From positions 1,312,001 to 1,376,000 of the forward strand of contig CBDFKD010000002.1 in NCBI GenBank assembly GCA_965248695.1: a stretch of 64,000 nucleotides of DNA, read 5' to 3'. Under the pieces are notes generated by a model. The model was not told the origin of the DNA, did not search any database, and saw nothing but the letters and a program-made list of their open reading frames with translations. A program made the position numbers and the translations under genes. Positions 18,641-28,146 of the stretch are shown here, in pieces. The number at the start of each line of letters is the position of its first letter. Within the stretch, counting starts at the first letter, position 1. Source of the stretch: Acidobacteriota bacterium. GTDB lineage: Bacteria; Acidobacteriota; UBA890; WLXD01.

Positions 18641-20856
18641 AGCGCGTTGCCTCGCTCGCTCTACTGCTCCTCGCCATCGGCTCGGCGTGGATGAACCCCG
18701 AGACGGACGGTGTCACTCCGGCCGAGCCCGACGAAACCGCGATCGCCGGCGTCGTCGACGTGCGCGTGCCGGACATCGACGGCAACGTCCATCGTCCCGG
18801 CGGCGATTCCGGCTACCGTCCGTTCGCCCTCGTGTTTCTGGAGACGGGCTGCCCAATCTCGCGTCGCTACCTCCCGGACCTCAACGACATTGCGGCACGC
18901 GCCGTAGAGCGTGGAGTGGAGCTCTACGGTGTGCTGTCGGATCCGTCGACCACCCCGTCTGAGGCGCGAACATTCCGCGACGATCACGGGCTGCAGTTCC
19001 CGGTACTCTGGGACGCAACAGGCGACCTCGCCGATCGTCTCGGTCCCGAGATCGTGCCGGAGGTGTTCGTTATCGACGGTGCCGATCGGATCGTGTATCG
19101 CGGACGTATCGACGATCGCTTTGTGTCCCCTGGCAAGCTGCGCCGCACGGTCACCTCCCATGATCTGCTCGAGGCCATCAACGTGGTGGCTGCTGGTGGC
19201 CGTCCAGAGACCCAGCGAGCGCAGCCGATCGGTTGCTATTTCGAAGCCTGGGCCGACGCGGACACCCAGAACCCGACCTACCATCGCAACGTCGCACCGG
19301 TGCTCGAGGCCAACTGCGCCGAATGCCACACGGCGGGCGGCATCGGGCCATTCGAGCTGCGCACCTACGAGCAGGCACGACGACGACGCGGCATGATCGC
19401 CTACACCGTCGCCGAGCGCATCATGCCGCCGTGGCCAGCGGAGGTCGGGTATGGGCATTTTCGCGATCAGCGCACGCTGAGCGACGGACAAATCCAGATG
19501 CTACAAACCTGGGCCGACAACGGCGCACCGGAGGGCGACGCGGCGCATGCGCTTCCGACTCGCGCATCAGCCGACGCTTCGTGGCGTCTGGGCGATCCCC
19601 ACCAGCTGGTGGAGATGCCGATGCCATTCGACATCCCGGCGCAGGGCGAGGACATCTACCAATACTTCGTCGTTCGCGACGCCCTCGACCAGGACCGCAT
19701 GATCACCGGCATCGACTTTCGGCCCGGTGACCCCAGCGTCGTGCACCACGGGATCTTCTACGTCGACTACAGCGGTGAGGCGCGGGCACTCGACGAATCT
19801 ACCCCCGGTGTTGGCTTCTCGGTGTTCGAGGGGGGTGGGTTCATGCAGAGTGAGAACGCCATGGCCATTGGCGGCTGGGCGCCGGGATCCGATCCCTACT
19901 CGTTGCCTGACGGGCTCGCGATGAGCCTCCGCGGTGGTGCCGATATCGTGCTGGAGATTCACTACCACCTCACCGGCAAGGCCAGCCGCGACCAAAGCAC
20001 TATGGCCCTCTATTTCGCTGATGGCGAGGTGGAGCGCACCGTCGATGCACTCTGGATGTCGGAAATGAACCTCGACATCGAGCCCGGCGACGCGCGCTAC
20101 GAGCGCCACCTGAGCCTCGAGCTGCCGGTGGATGTGCAGCTGATCGACGTGTCGCCGCACATGCACTACATCGGTAAGAGCGCCAAGGTAGTCGCCACAC
20201 TGCCCGACGGCACCGAACGTCCGCTGATTCACATCCCGGCGTGGGATTTCCGTTGGCAAAACGTCTACACGTTTCGACAGGCCGTCGAGTTGCCGGCAGG
20301 CTCGCGCATTGACGCCTGGTATCAGTGGGACAACTCGGCCGACAATCCGGCCAACCCCAGCAATCCGCCGGTGCCGGTTGAATGGGGTCTGCAGTCCACC
20401 GACGAGATGGGTGAGCTGTACATGACATACGTGGCAGACAGCGCCGACGATGAAGCGAAAATGCAAGCCGCGATGCTAGCGGCGGCGGCCCAAATGATGG
20501 CCGGCGACCAGGTTCCAGCCGCAGCGCTCGAGAGCCCCGAAGCGGCGCTCGAGGCACTCACGACTATGAGCCTGTGGGAGCCGGCAGCGGAAGCGATCCT
20601 GATCGGATTGAGCGACAGCGAGTACGAGGAGCTCGTCGGTCTGGCCTACACCGCGGCGAGCGCTTGGGACGATGCCGACGCGATCGCGCTATACGGCGGG
20701 CTATTGGCGATCGCCGCGATCTACTCCGGAGGCAGCGAGCAAGAGGCGCTGGCGACGGAGTCGGAGCGGGCGCTCGATCGTGCGTTAGAGCTCGATCCGG
20801 ACAACACCGAGGCCCGACGCGCCAAGGACGCAATGCAAAGTTGGAGCGCCGGGTAG
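18637..20856 (+). CDS. Secreted redoxin + cytochrome c + copper type II (PHM-like) monooxygenase + TPR-like fusion
   Basis: Signal peptide; GCPIS and YRGRIDD; CAECH; VVHHG, EIHYH, PHMH, DEM copper ligands; ATGA overlap with TetR. Confidence 0.82.
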   Translation: MKRVASLALLLLAIGSAWMNPETDGVTPAEPDETAIAGVVDVRVPDIDGNVHRPGGDSGYRPFALVFLETGCPISRRYLPDLNDIAARAVERGVELYGVLSDPSTTPSEARTFRDDHGLQFPVLWDATGDLADRLGPEIVPEVFVIDGADRIVYRGRIDDRFVSPGKLRRTVTSHDLLEAINVVAAGGRPETQRAQPIGCYFEAWADADTQNPTYHRNVAPVLEANCAECHTAGGIGPFELRTYEQARRRRGMIAYTVAERIMPPWPAEVGYGHFRDQRTLSDGQIQMLQTWADNGAPEGDAAHALPTRASADASWRLGDPHQLVEMPMPFDIPAQGEDIYQYFVVRDALDQDRMITGIDFRPGDPSVVHHGIFYVDYSGEARALDESTPGVGFSVFEGGGFMQSENAMAIGGWAPGSDPYSLPDGLAMSLRGGADIVLEIHYHLTGKASRDQSTMALYFADGEVERTVDALWMSEMNLDIEPGDARYERHLSLELPVDVQLIDVSPHMHYIGKSAKVVATLPDGTERPLIHIPAWDFRWQNVYTFRQAVELPAGSRIDAWYQWDNSADNPANPSNPPVPVEWGLQSTDEMGELYMTYVADSADDEAKMQAAMLAAAAQMMAGDQVPAAALESPEAALEALTTMSLWEPAAEAILIGLSDSEYEELVGLAYTAASAWDDADAIALYGGLLAIAAIYSGGSEQEALATESERALDRALELDPDNTEARRAKDAMQSWSAG

Positions 20857-20895
20857 GTAGCTTGGCGCGGCGGTTTCGCTAGAATCCGATCCGTC

Positions 20896-21876
20896 ATGGG
20901 TATCTATCTGGCTGCCGACATCGGCGGAACCAAGAGCCTGCTGGGGTTGTTCACCGTCGACGGTGGGCCCCGGGCCCCTGTGCGAATCGCGAGCGTGGCG
21001 ACGTCGAGCTACACCAGCGCCGAAGCACTGGTGAGTGAGTTTCTCGACGGGCAGCGCATCGACGGCGGCATGCTGGCGATCGCCGGACCTGTGGTCGATG
21101 ATCGCATCCCGGGCTCGACCCTGCCGTGGGACATCGAGCGTCAGCCGCTCGCCGCCGCCGTCGACGGGCCACTGGAGCTGATGAATGATCTCGAAGCCAC
21201 CGCCACCTTCGTCCCTCACCTGCAGGAAGGTGAGATCGAGCTGCTGCACGACGTGCCGTGTTCCGCCGACGGTGTGATCGGCGTCATCGCCCCGGGCACC
21301 GGAATCGGTGAAGCAATCCTGGTACGCACCGGCGCCGGAGCCATCGCTCTGGCCTCGGAGGCCGGCCACATCGATTTCGCCCCCAACGGCGAGCTGCAAA
21401 CCGAGTACCTGGTGTTTCTGCGCCAGCGGTTCGGACACGTGAGCCTGGAGCGCGCCTGTTCGGGCAGCAGCATGCCATTGCTGTACGAGTTTCTATCGGC
21501 GACGGGGCGAGCCTCGGCGGACCCGGAGGTGGCGGCGAAGATGGCATCCGACGACGATGCGACACCGGTGGTCCTGCAATCCGGCCTGTCGGGAGCCTGC
21601 GAGGCATGCGCCCTGGCGCTGGACACCTTCGTGGCGATGCTGGGAGCGGCGGCCGGCAATCTGGCGTTGCAGGTCGTGGCCACCGGTGGAATTTACCTGG
21701 GCGGAGGTATCCCGCCGCGCATCCTGCCGGCGTTGCGTCGGCCGGAGTTTCTCGATGCCTTCCACAACAAGGGTCGGTTCGAGTCTCTGGTGCGCAAGGT
21801 ACCCGTCGGCGTCATCCTGGAGCCACGCGCCGCGCTCCTGGGAGCGGCCTGCAGAGCGTTGTCTATCGCCGGCTAG
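20896..21876 (+). CDS. glk: Glucokinase
   Basis: ADIGGTK, MNDLEA, APGTGIGEA, SEAGHIDF, GGIYLGGGIPP. Confidence 0.93.
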   Translation: MGIYLAADIGGTKSLLGLFTVDGGPRAPVRIASVATSSYTSAEALVSEFLDGQRIDGGMLAIAGPVVDDRIPGSTLPWDIERQPLAAAVDGPLELMNDLEATATFVPHLQEGEIELLHDVPCSADGVIGVIAPGTGIGEAILVRTGAGAIALASEAGHIDFAPNGELQTEYLVFLRQRFGHVSLERACSGSSMPLLYEFLSATGRASADPEVAAKMASDDDATPVVLQSGLSGACEACALALDTFVAMLGAAAGNLALQVVATGGIYLGGGIPPRILPALRRPEFLDAFHNKGRFESLVRKVPVGVILEPRAALLGAACRALSIAG

Positions 21877-21917
21877 CAGGACCGCCAGACCCGCCAGATG
21901 TCTCGGCGGTCTGCTAG
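21873..21917. terminator. CTAG-bounded hairpin after glk (terminator or related repeat)
   Basis: CTAGCAG(G)ACCGCC...GGCGGTCTGCTAG; shares its right CTAG with the MITE; no U-tract. Confidence 0.4.
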
Positions 21918-22192
21918 CAGGCCGTGGTGAGAGTGCGGTGGGTCTGGCGACAGGGTCTTGCGAGGCGCAGGCCAGCAGAGAGGAGGAGGCGATGGTTAGC
22001 CCATCGTTGACGACGAACGACGCAGCATACGCGCGCAACCCCCAGTCGCCCGAAGGGTTACGGCGATTTGGGGCCATCTGCGGCGTTGGCCTTCCTCGAC
22101 GATGGCTAGGGCATCGTGTGCGTCACGCCGCCTTGCATCTGGCCCCAACTCGCCGTAACCAGACCCACCACACTTTCACCACGGCCTGCTAG
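21914..22192. mobile_element. Non-autonomous MITE-like element, 279 bp
   Basis: 34-bp terminal inverted repeats (32/34 identical, CTAGCAGGCCGTGGTGARAGTGYGGTGGGTCTGG); internal IR GGTTACGGCGATTTGGGGCCA / TGGCCCCAACTCGCCGTAACC; no transposase. Confidence 0.85.
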
Positions 22193-24645
22193 GCCTTCCC
22201 TGGAAGGAATCCGATCTTCTGAGTGCTCGCCCAGGCGCGCTCGGGGAACAGCTCCTCCAGCGCGCCGGAGAAATCAGCGGCGGTGACCGCCGGGTCGGCG
22301 CTCTCGGAGTCGAGCTCTCGCAGCACAGCGTTGCGCCCAGCGGCGGTGCACAGCCCCCGCAGATCGGCGCCGCTGGCGCCTTGGGCAGCGATCGCGATGC
22401 TGGCCAGATCCACCTGTTCACCGAGCTTCATGCGCCGCGTGAACAGGCCGAGCAATGCCAGCCGTCCCTCGATGTCGGGGAGACCGATCTCGATCGCTTC
22501 GCTGAGGCGCCCCGGACGCAGCGCCGCATCATCGACCAGCTCCGGGCGATTGGTGGCCCCGACGACGAAGATCCGTCGGGTCGCGGCGATGCCGTCCATC
22601 TCGGCCAGGAAAGTGTTCACCACGGCGTTGGCGGCTCGGGTGCCACCGGAACCACCCTCGGCGCGCGAGCCGAGGACGGAGTCGATCTCGTCGATGAAGA
22701 TGATCGCCGGTACGTTGTCGCGCGCCTGCTCGAAGATCTCGCGCACCCGCTGCTCAGACTGACCGAACCACTTCGAGAACACGTCGGCGGCGTTGACGGC
22801 GAAAAAGGAAGCGTCGGTTTGCGACGCCAGCACCCGCGCGATGGTCGTCTTGCCGGTGCCCGGCGGCCCGTGCAGCAGCCAGCCGGTGGGCGGGTCGACC
22901 CCGAGCTCGCGCACCAACTGAGGATTCTCGATGAAGCGCTCCACGAACTGCAGCTTGCGCATCGCTTCGGTCGGCAGGATGAGGTCGTTCCACTCCAGGC
23001 GGGGACCGTCGTAGCGGCGCTCGGCGATGCGCTCCTGCAGCGCCGCCTCCAGGTGATCGGGCGAGATGGGCGCGTGCGTCTCCATCGCCGCCATGGCGGC
23101 ACCGTCGACCACACTGCGTACCTGTGCTGCCGAGAAGCCCTCCATGGCGTGTGCCATGGCGGTGGCGTCGACGTTGTCGTCGTGCGGCCGGTCGCGCAGC
23201 AGCACATGCAGGATCTCGCGGCGGGCATCGAAATCGGGCCGGTAGATCTTCACCTTGTAGTCGAAGCGACCCTCGCGGATGGCCGCCGGATCGATCTCCT
23301 TGAGCCGGTTCGTTGCCGCCATGATGACCACGCCAGCCACATCGCGCGTCGCATCGATCTGCTGCAGCAGGGTGTTGACCATTTGCTGCTCGTGGTTGCT
23401 CCCCTGATCGTCACGGCGCCCGGCGATCGAGTCGAACTCGTCGAAGAACAGCAGACACGGTGTGTTGTCGCGTGCCTCGGCAAACACCTTCTCGATGGCC
23501 TCGGGCGCGCCGCCGACGTACTTGGTGACCATGCTGCCCAGGCTGACGCGCAAGAACTTCAGCCCGAACTCACCGGCGATGGCCTCGGCGAAGAACGTCT
23601 TGCCGCACCCCGGCGGACCGTAGAGCAGGATGCCGTTGCGTCCGATGCCGTAGCGCTGCGCCTCGTCGCGGCGCTGGTGCACGACCGCAATGATGCGCCG
23701 CACCTGGTCCTTGAGCGCGTTCATGCCGCCGACCTTCGAGAAATCGACCGTGGCCGGGGATTCGGCCGGCGGCGACCCGAACCGGGGCGCTGGCGGACGG
23801 TCAGACTGCGGGGCTGACTGTGCCAGCTCATCGCGCAGGGCCTTGTAGGGCCGTCGCGGCGACAGCTGGATGGCGCGCCCGACGGCGGTCAGCGCCTCGC
23901 CGAAGCGCCCCAGCGCCTGCAAGTAGGTGCTCAGATTGAACCAGTAGACACCGTCGCCGCCACTGCCGACAGTACGCGGGTCGAGCTCGGTGGCGCGCGT
24001 AGCCACCGTGACAGCACCGGCAGCATCGTCGAGACCATCGTGGAGGATCACCCCGAGACGGTTGTTGTATACGGCGTTTTCCGGCTCGCGGGCGAGCGCC
24101 TCCTCGATCGCAGCGCGCGCCTCCGGCCAGCGCTCCTGGCGCACAAGGACACTGCTGCGGGCATAGGGCACACGACCCGGCCGCATCGGATCCGCCGGCT
24201 CGCCAGCGGCACCGCCCTCGAGCTTCCAGGCGGCGTCAAAGTGTTTCAGAGCGTCCTCGTGACGCTGCAGCCGCAGGCACACGTCGCCGAGCAGCAGGCA
24301 GATGCGGGGATCTGCGGGAGCCTGTTCGGCAGCCTCGAGAGCGACAGCGAGAGCTCGATCGGGATCTTGCGAGAGGTAGCAGCGCGCCAGGTACTCGCCA
24401 ACGGCCGCCGGACGATCAGCGATCGGCGGTTGCGCAGCATCGGCCGCCTGTTCGAGATGCTTGCGCGCCTCCCCGATATTGCCCATGTGGTACTGCGCCG
24501 CTCCGAGCCAGAAGCGGGCCTGGTCGTTATCCGGTTGACGCAGGACAGCCTGCGAGAAGTGCTTGCGCGCGGTGCGAAAGTCACGTTGATCGAAGGCCGC
24601 GATCCCTTCCGCGAGGCTGCCCTCGACGAACGGGTCGGGCTTCAC
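22189..24645 (-). CDS. TPR-repeat + tandem AAA (Cdc48/VAT-like) ATPase
   Basis: N-terminal TPRs; GPPGCGKT/FFDEFD/TNR..REGRFD and GPPGTGKT/FIDEID/TNR..RPGRL; pore loops KYVG and KWFG. Confidence 0.92.
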   Translation of the reverse strand: MKPDPFVEGSLAEGIAAFDQRDFRTARKHFSQAVLRQPDNDQARFWLGAAQYHMGNIGEARKHLEQAADAAQPPIADRPAAVGEYLARCYLSQDPDRALAVALEAAEQAPADPRICLLLGDVCLRLQRHEDALKHFDAAWKLEGGAAGEPADPMRPGRVPYARSSVLVRQERWPEARAAIEEALAREPENAVYNNRLGVILHDGLDDAAGAVTVATRATELDPRTVGSGGDGVYWFNLSTYLQALGRFGEALTAVGRAIQLSPRRPYKALRDELAQSAPQSDRPPAPRFGSPPAESPATVDFSKVGGMNALKDQVRRIIAVVHQRRDEAQRYGIGRNGILLYGPPGCGKTFFAEAIAGEFGLKFLRVSLGSMVTKYVGGAPEAIEKVFAEARDNTPCLLFFDEFDSIAGRRDDQGSNHEQQMVNTLLQQIDATRDVAGVVIMAATNRLKEIDPAAIREGRFDYKVKIYRPDFDARREILHVLLRDRPHDDNVDATAMAHAMEGFSAAQVRSVVDGAAMAAMETHAPISPDHLEAALQERIAERRYDGPRLEWNDLILPTEAMRKLQFVERFIENPQLVRELGVDPPTGWLLHGPPGTGKTTIARVLASQTDASFFAVNAADVFSKWFGQSEQRVREIFEQARDNVPAIIFIDEIDSVLGSRAEGGSGGTRAANAVVNTFLAEMDGIAATRRIFVVGATNRPELVDDAALRPGRLSEAIEIGLPDIEGRLALLGLFTRRMKLGEQVDLASIAIAAQGASGADLRGLCTAAGRNAVLRELDSESADPAVTAADFSGALEELFPERAWASTQKIGFLPGKA

Positions 24646-26930
24646 GCGGCGCTCCGATGCTCGTCGAGCGCGAAGCTCGGCACGCGCGGCTTGAGCTTCT
24701 CGTCGATGCGCCGCAAGGCCGACTCCAGCATCTCGCCCTCGACGTGGATGCCGGGATACGCGTCCATCACCATGCGCGGGTCATACTCGTAGTCAGATTC
24801 GCCGTTGACAGCTGCCGCCATGATGCCCATCCCACCGGCTGCCGGCATCGGGTCGATCCAGCCGCCTTCTTCGTAATTGCGGGCGAGCTCGTGAAAGATC
24901 GACCGTTGCCAGTGAGCGAGCATCGGGGTGGCTTTCCAGGTGTCGTCGATCACCCCTGCCTGACGGTACGCCTGCAGATAGAAATCGGCGCGCGCCTGGT
25001 CGCTGAACACGGCACAGCAATCCCGGTCGGGCAGCGTCATCACCGCAGCGGCGCCGTCGGCCAAGCGCTGCACACAAACGAAGTAACGCGGCCAATCGGC
25101 AACGATACGCCCGGTCAGCGTCGGGTTGAGCGACTCGTGCTGACGCGCCGCCTCGCGCAAGATTTCGGTACCGGACGGGCGGCGCTCCGACTGTTGCACC
25201 CAGGCGCTCAGCACCACCAGATCGGTGTGATCCAGGGTCAGCGGCCGCTCGCCGCCGGGATCCAGCACCACACCGTCGAGCTCGGCGCAGTCGCGCAGCC
25301 AGCCGGCGAACGGCGGCTCGTCGGTTCGCGGCGCGGCGGTGAGCGTGCCGCATTCGGCGTTGTCGAACGCGAAGTAGCTGTCGGCGCTGCTGAATACCGG
25401 CAAGTAGAGGCCGCCCGAGTGGGCCACCTTGGGCGGCGTCCTGCCATTGCCTTTGACCATCACCAGCCGGTTCCAGCCGCGCAGCAACGCCCGCGTCACC
25501 TGCGGTTGCGAGCCGCGCGCTCCGACCCCCCGACCGAGCTTCGCAAGGGCGACGGCCTCGACGTCGTCGAGATTGTCGATGTCGTGGAAGTGCGGGTAGA
25601 CGGCGCTCAACACCCAGAACGTCGGTACCGTGACCCAGCCGGTGGTGCCCGGGTACAGGTTGATCGCCACTTCGTCGATTCCTTTCGGGGCGGCCCATGC
25701 CCAGCGCAACACCTCGACACCGGCGAGATGGAAGTACTCGTCGCCGGCGGCGCCGTCGTCGGTGAGCTGCTTGGCGATCTTCTCGGCGTAGAAGCTGTGC
25801 GTGATGACCTTCTTGTCATCTTCCGGGTGCGAGAAGACGCTCGGCCATCGCAAGCCGTCGACACGCTCGTGATGAACTGGAACGTATAGATCGATGCCGT
25901 AGGCAAGATGGTCGGTGTAGTCCCACAACGGGACCGCCTTCGCCTGGAGCTTCTCCTGCATGTCGCGGAACAGCCGGTGGGTTTCCTCGCCCGGGCGACT
26001 CGGCGGGCGGATCGGCGGCAGGGACGGAAAGCGGGTCGCGTACGCGGCGGCGCCCGTAGCCTCGGGCTCCGGACCGGCGGTTGTCATCGTACCGGTGGCA
26101 GCATGCGGGTCGCCCGGTGTCGGAACCGCGGCGCTCGGCTGTGCCGTATCGGCCACCTCGCCGCCGAGCATTTGCACCATACGCAGCATGTCCTGGCGCA
26201 CGTAGGCGCGCTCGAACGGTAGTCCCTGGTCGACGAGCAGCGCCGTCACGCCGGCGTCGAGCAGTGATCCCAAGATCTCGGGCGTGGGTACTGCCGGCGT
26301 CGTTGGCTCCGGCAAAGTGGAGTGCTCCTCGACCCACTCGGCGAAGCGCGCGTCGCTATAGACGGTTGCCAGCTGATTCTGGCCGTCGGCATCGCGGGTG
26401 ATGAGAGCCTCTCCGCGGCTGCAGAGCAGGAACAGCTCCGGCAGCTGCGCGAAGCTCTCCATGTTCAGCAGGGCATAGACGCGCGCGCACGAGTGCGTCG
26501 GCAACTCCAGCTCGTGATCCGTGCCCTGATCCAGGATGACACCAGCGTGCTGCTCGCCCATGACGTCCCATAGCCAACCGTCCATTCCCTTGGACATGAA
26601 GGGGGCATTGCCGTCGGGCTCGATGAGACCCTGGGTTACGGCCAGCTCGCGGGCATGATCGTCGTCGAAGAACAGGCTGAGCAGAAAGCCGCCGTCCGGC
26701 TGGTCACGGCCGTACATGCGCGGCGGCGCGGCGTCGTTCACCAGGACATTGCCGAAGCCCTTCTCGTCGGTCGCGGCGCTCATGTCCTGCATGTACCGCG
26801 CCATCTGGCCGGGAGGCACGAAGGCGCACACGTGGTCGACGTCCGCCAGCGCGTCGGCAAGGTCGTACAGGTCGGCGTCGCCGCGCCCATACGCCGCCAG
26901 GACTGCCTCGATACCGGAATGCTGCGACAT
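24642..26930 (-). CDS. Hypothetical protein with ~5 SseB-like repeats
   Basis: Repeated motif pairs such as LPVFSS..GVVLDPG, LSLFFD..GVILDQG, ATVYSD..LLVDQG; GTGA overlap with the AAA gene. Confidence 0.7.
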   Translation of the reverse strand: MSQHSGIEAVLAAYGRGDADLYDLADALADVDHVCAFVPPGQMARYMQDMSAATDEKGFGNVLVNDAAPPRMYGRDQPDGGFLLSLFFDDDHARELAVTQGLIEPDGNAPFMSKGMDGWLWDVMGEQHAGVILDQGTDHELELPTHSCARVYALLNMESFAQLPELFLLCSRGEALITRDADGQNQLATVYSDARFAEWVEEHSTLPEPTTPAVPTPEILGSLLDAGVTALLVDQGLPFERAYVRQDMLRMVQMLGGEVADTAQPSAAVPTPGDPHAATGTMTTAGPEPEATGAAAYATRFPSLPPIRPPSRPGEETHRLFRDMQEKLQAKAVPLWDYTDHLAYGIDLYVPVHHERVDGLRWPSVFSHPEDDKKVITHSFYAEKIAKQLTDDGAAGDEYFHLAGVEVLRWAWAAPKGIDEVAINLYPGTTGWVTVPTFWVLSAVYPHFHDIDNLDDVEAVALAKLGRGVGARGSQPQVTRALLRGWNRLVMVKGNGRTPPKVAHSGGLYLPVFSSADSYFAFDNAECGTLTAAPRTDEPPFAGWLRDCAELDGVVLDPGGERPLTLDHTDLVVLSAWVQQSERRPSGTEILREAARQHESLNPTLTGRIVADWPRYFVCVQRLADGAAAVMTLPDRDCCAVFSDQARADFYLQAYRQAGVIDDTWKATPMLAHWQRSIFHELARNYEEGGWIDPMPAAGGMGIMAAAVNGESDYEYDPRMVMDAYPGIHVEGEMLESALRRIDEKLKPRVPSFALDEHRSAA

Positions 26931-27135
26931 TGGATCCCCTCCCCGACCTCGGGACCCGGGTGCGACGAAGGCGCCTGCCCGCGCCGAACCGGCTGTTATC
27001 GGCTATGAATGGCCGTTGATGAGCACCAACAGCTATTGATGATAATTAGTGGCCGGCGATGGCCCAAAGCCCAATCGTTTCGGTGGGCAAGATCCCGGCC
27101 GGTCACCTCGCCGCGCGTCCGCCGCGAAAGCAGAG

Positions 27136-27933
27136 CTACGGGGCGCCGCCGAACTGGATGCTGATGGCGCAGCCGCCGGTGTCAGCGTCGACCAGGGTAA
27201 CGGTGACGGAGCGCTCGGGATCGTCCATTGCCGCCTGCATCATCACCATCACGCTGGCGCCCGCCGCCGCCGCTGCCGAGGCAGACGACGCGACGATGCG
27301 AAATCCTGCCGCCGGCAGGGCCTCGGTGTAGAAGGCGTTTACCTGCGAGCAGGCATCGTCGGTGCTCATCTGGAACGCGCCGGCGATGCCGGCGGCCGTA
27401 GCGCCGCGGAAACCGCCGGGGGCGATGGTGCCGGCCGGGTACAGGTCGAGCCACTCGGGGAGATCCTCGCCACCCAGCGCCCCGATGCGCGAGATCGACC
27501 CGTCGACGCCGGTCGCGGTGATCCCGCCGCCGTTGGCGTCGGTATCGAACGACACCGCGCCTTTGTCAGTGGTGATCGAGAAACGGCCCTCGGTGATGGC
27601 CTCGAAATTCAGCGTCAGCTCGTCGCCCGTCTCCGTGTTGCGCACCGTCATCGTGCCGGCGTCGTCGTCGCTTTCGACCAGCTCGATGTCGGGGTTGGTC
27701 CGCACCGCCAGCTCGGCCATCGCCTTGGCAGGATTCGTCTCGAAGTCGCTGGCCAGCTCGCGCGCCGCCTGCGTGACGACCAGTCCACACGCCACGCAAG
27801 CCCCCATGGTGAGCGCGAAGAGAACGCCGACAACGATTAGCACCCAGGCCAGGGTGCTGAGCCCTTTCTTGGCAGCGGGTGTCGCGGCGGGAGTGGGGTC
27901 CGGGGGCGGGCTCGGGGGGGTCGACTCGGACAT
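27136..27933 (-). CDS. Hypothetical membrane-anchored exported protein
   Basis: Pro-rich N-terminus, KKGLSTLAWVLIVVG TM segment, beta-rich remainder. Confidence 0.7.
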   Translation of the reverse strand: MSESTPPSPPPDPTPAATPAAKKGLSTLAWVLIVVGVLFALTMGACVACGLVVTQAARELASDFETNPAKAMAELAVRTNPDIELVESDDDAGTMTVRNTETGDELTLNFEAITEGRFSITTDKGAVSFDTDANGGGITATGVDGSISRIGALGGEDLPEWLDLYPAGTIAPGGFRGATAAGIAGAFQMSTDDACSQVNAFYTEALPAAGFRIVASSASAAAAAGASVMVMMQAAMDDPERSVTVTLVDADTGGCAISIQFGGAP

Positions 27934-28146
27934 TCGCCGTCTCCTGGATCGTTTCGAGGTGGGTCTGGGCGCATCGGGGTTGCGAGCCATTCTATGCGCC
28001 AGGGCGTCGATATGACCACACTGGTTCGGCTGCGCGGCAGGCGATCGGAAGTGCGTTTGACAGCTCTGACGACGGCACGCAAGATGCCCGTAACCACGCC
28101 TTTCCCCCTTTCCACTCCCGCGCCGGGAGTCTGAGAGGCAATCCGC

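Noticed and set aside
21557-22192. ORFs crossing the MITE as a possible transposase
   Set aside because: No DDE or HUH motifs; low-complexity translations
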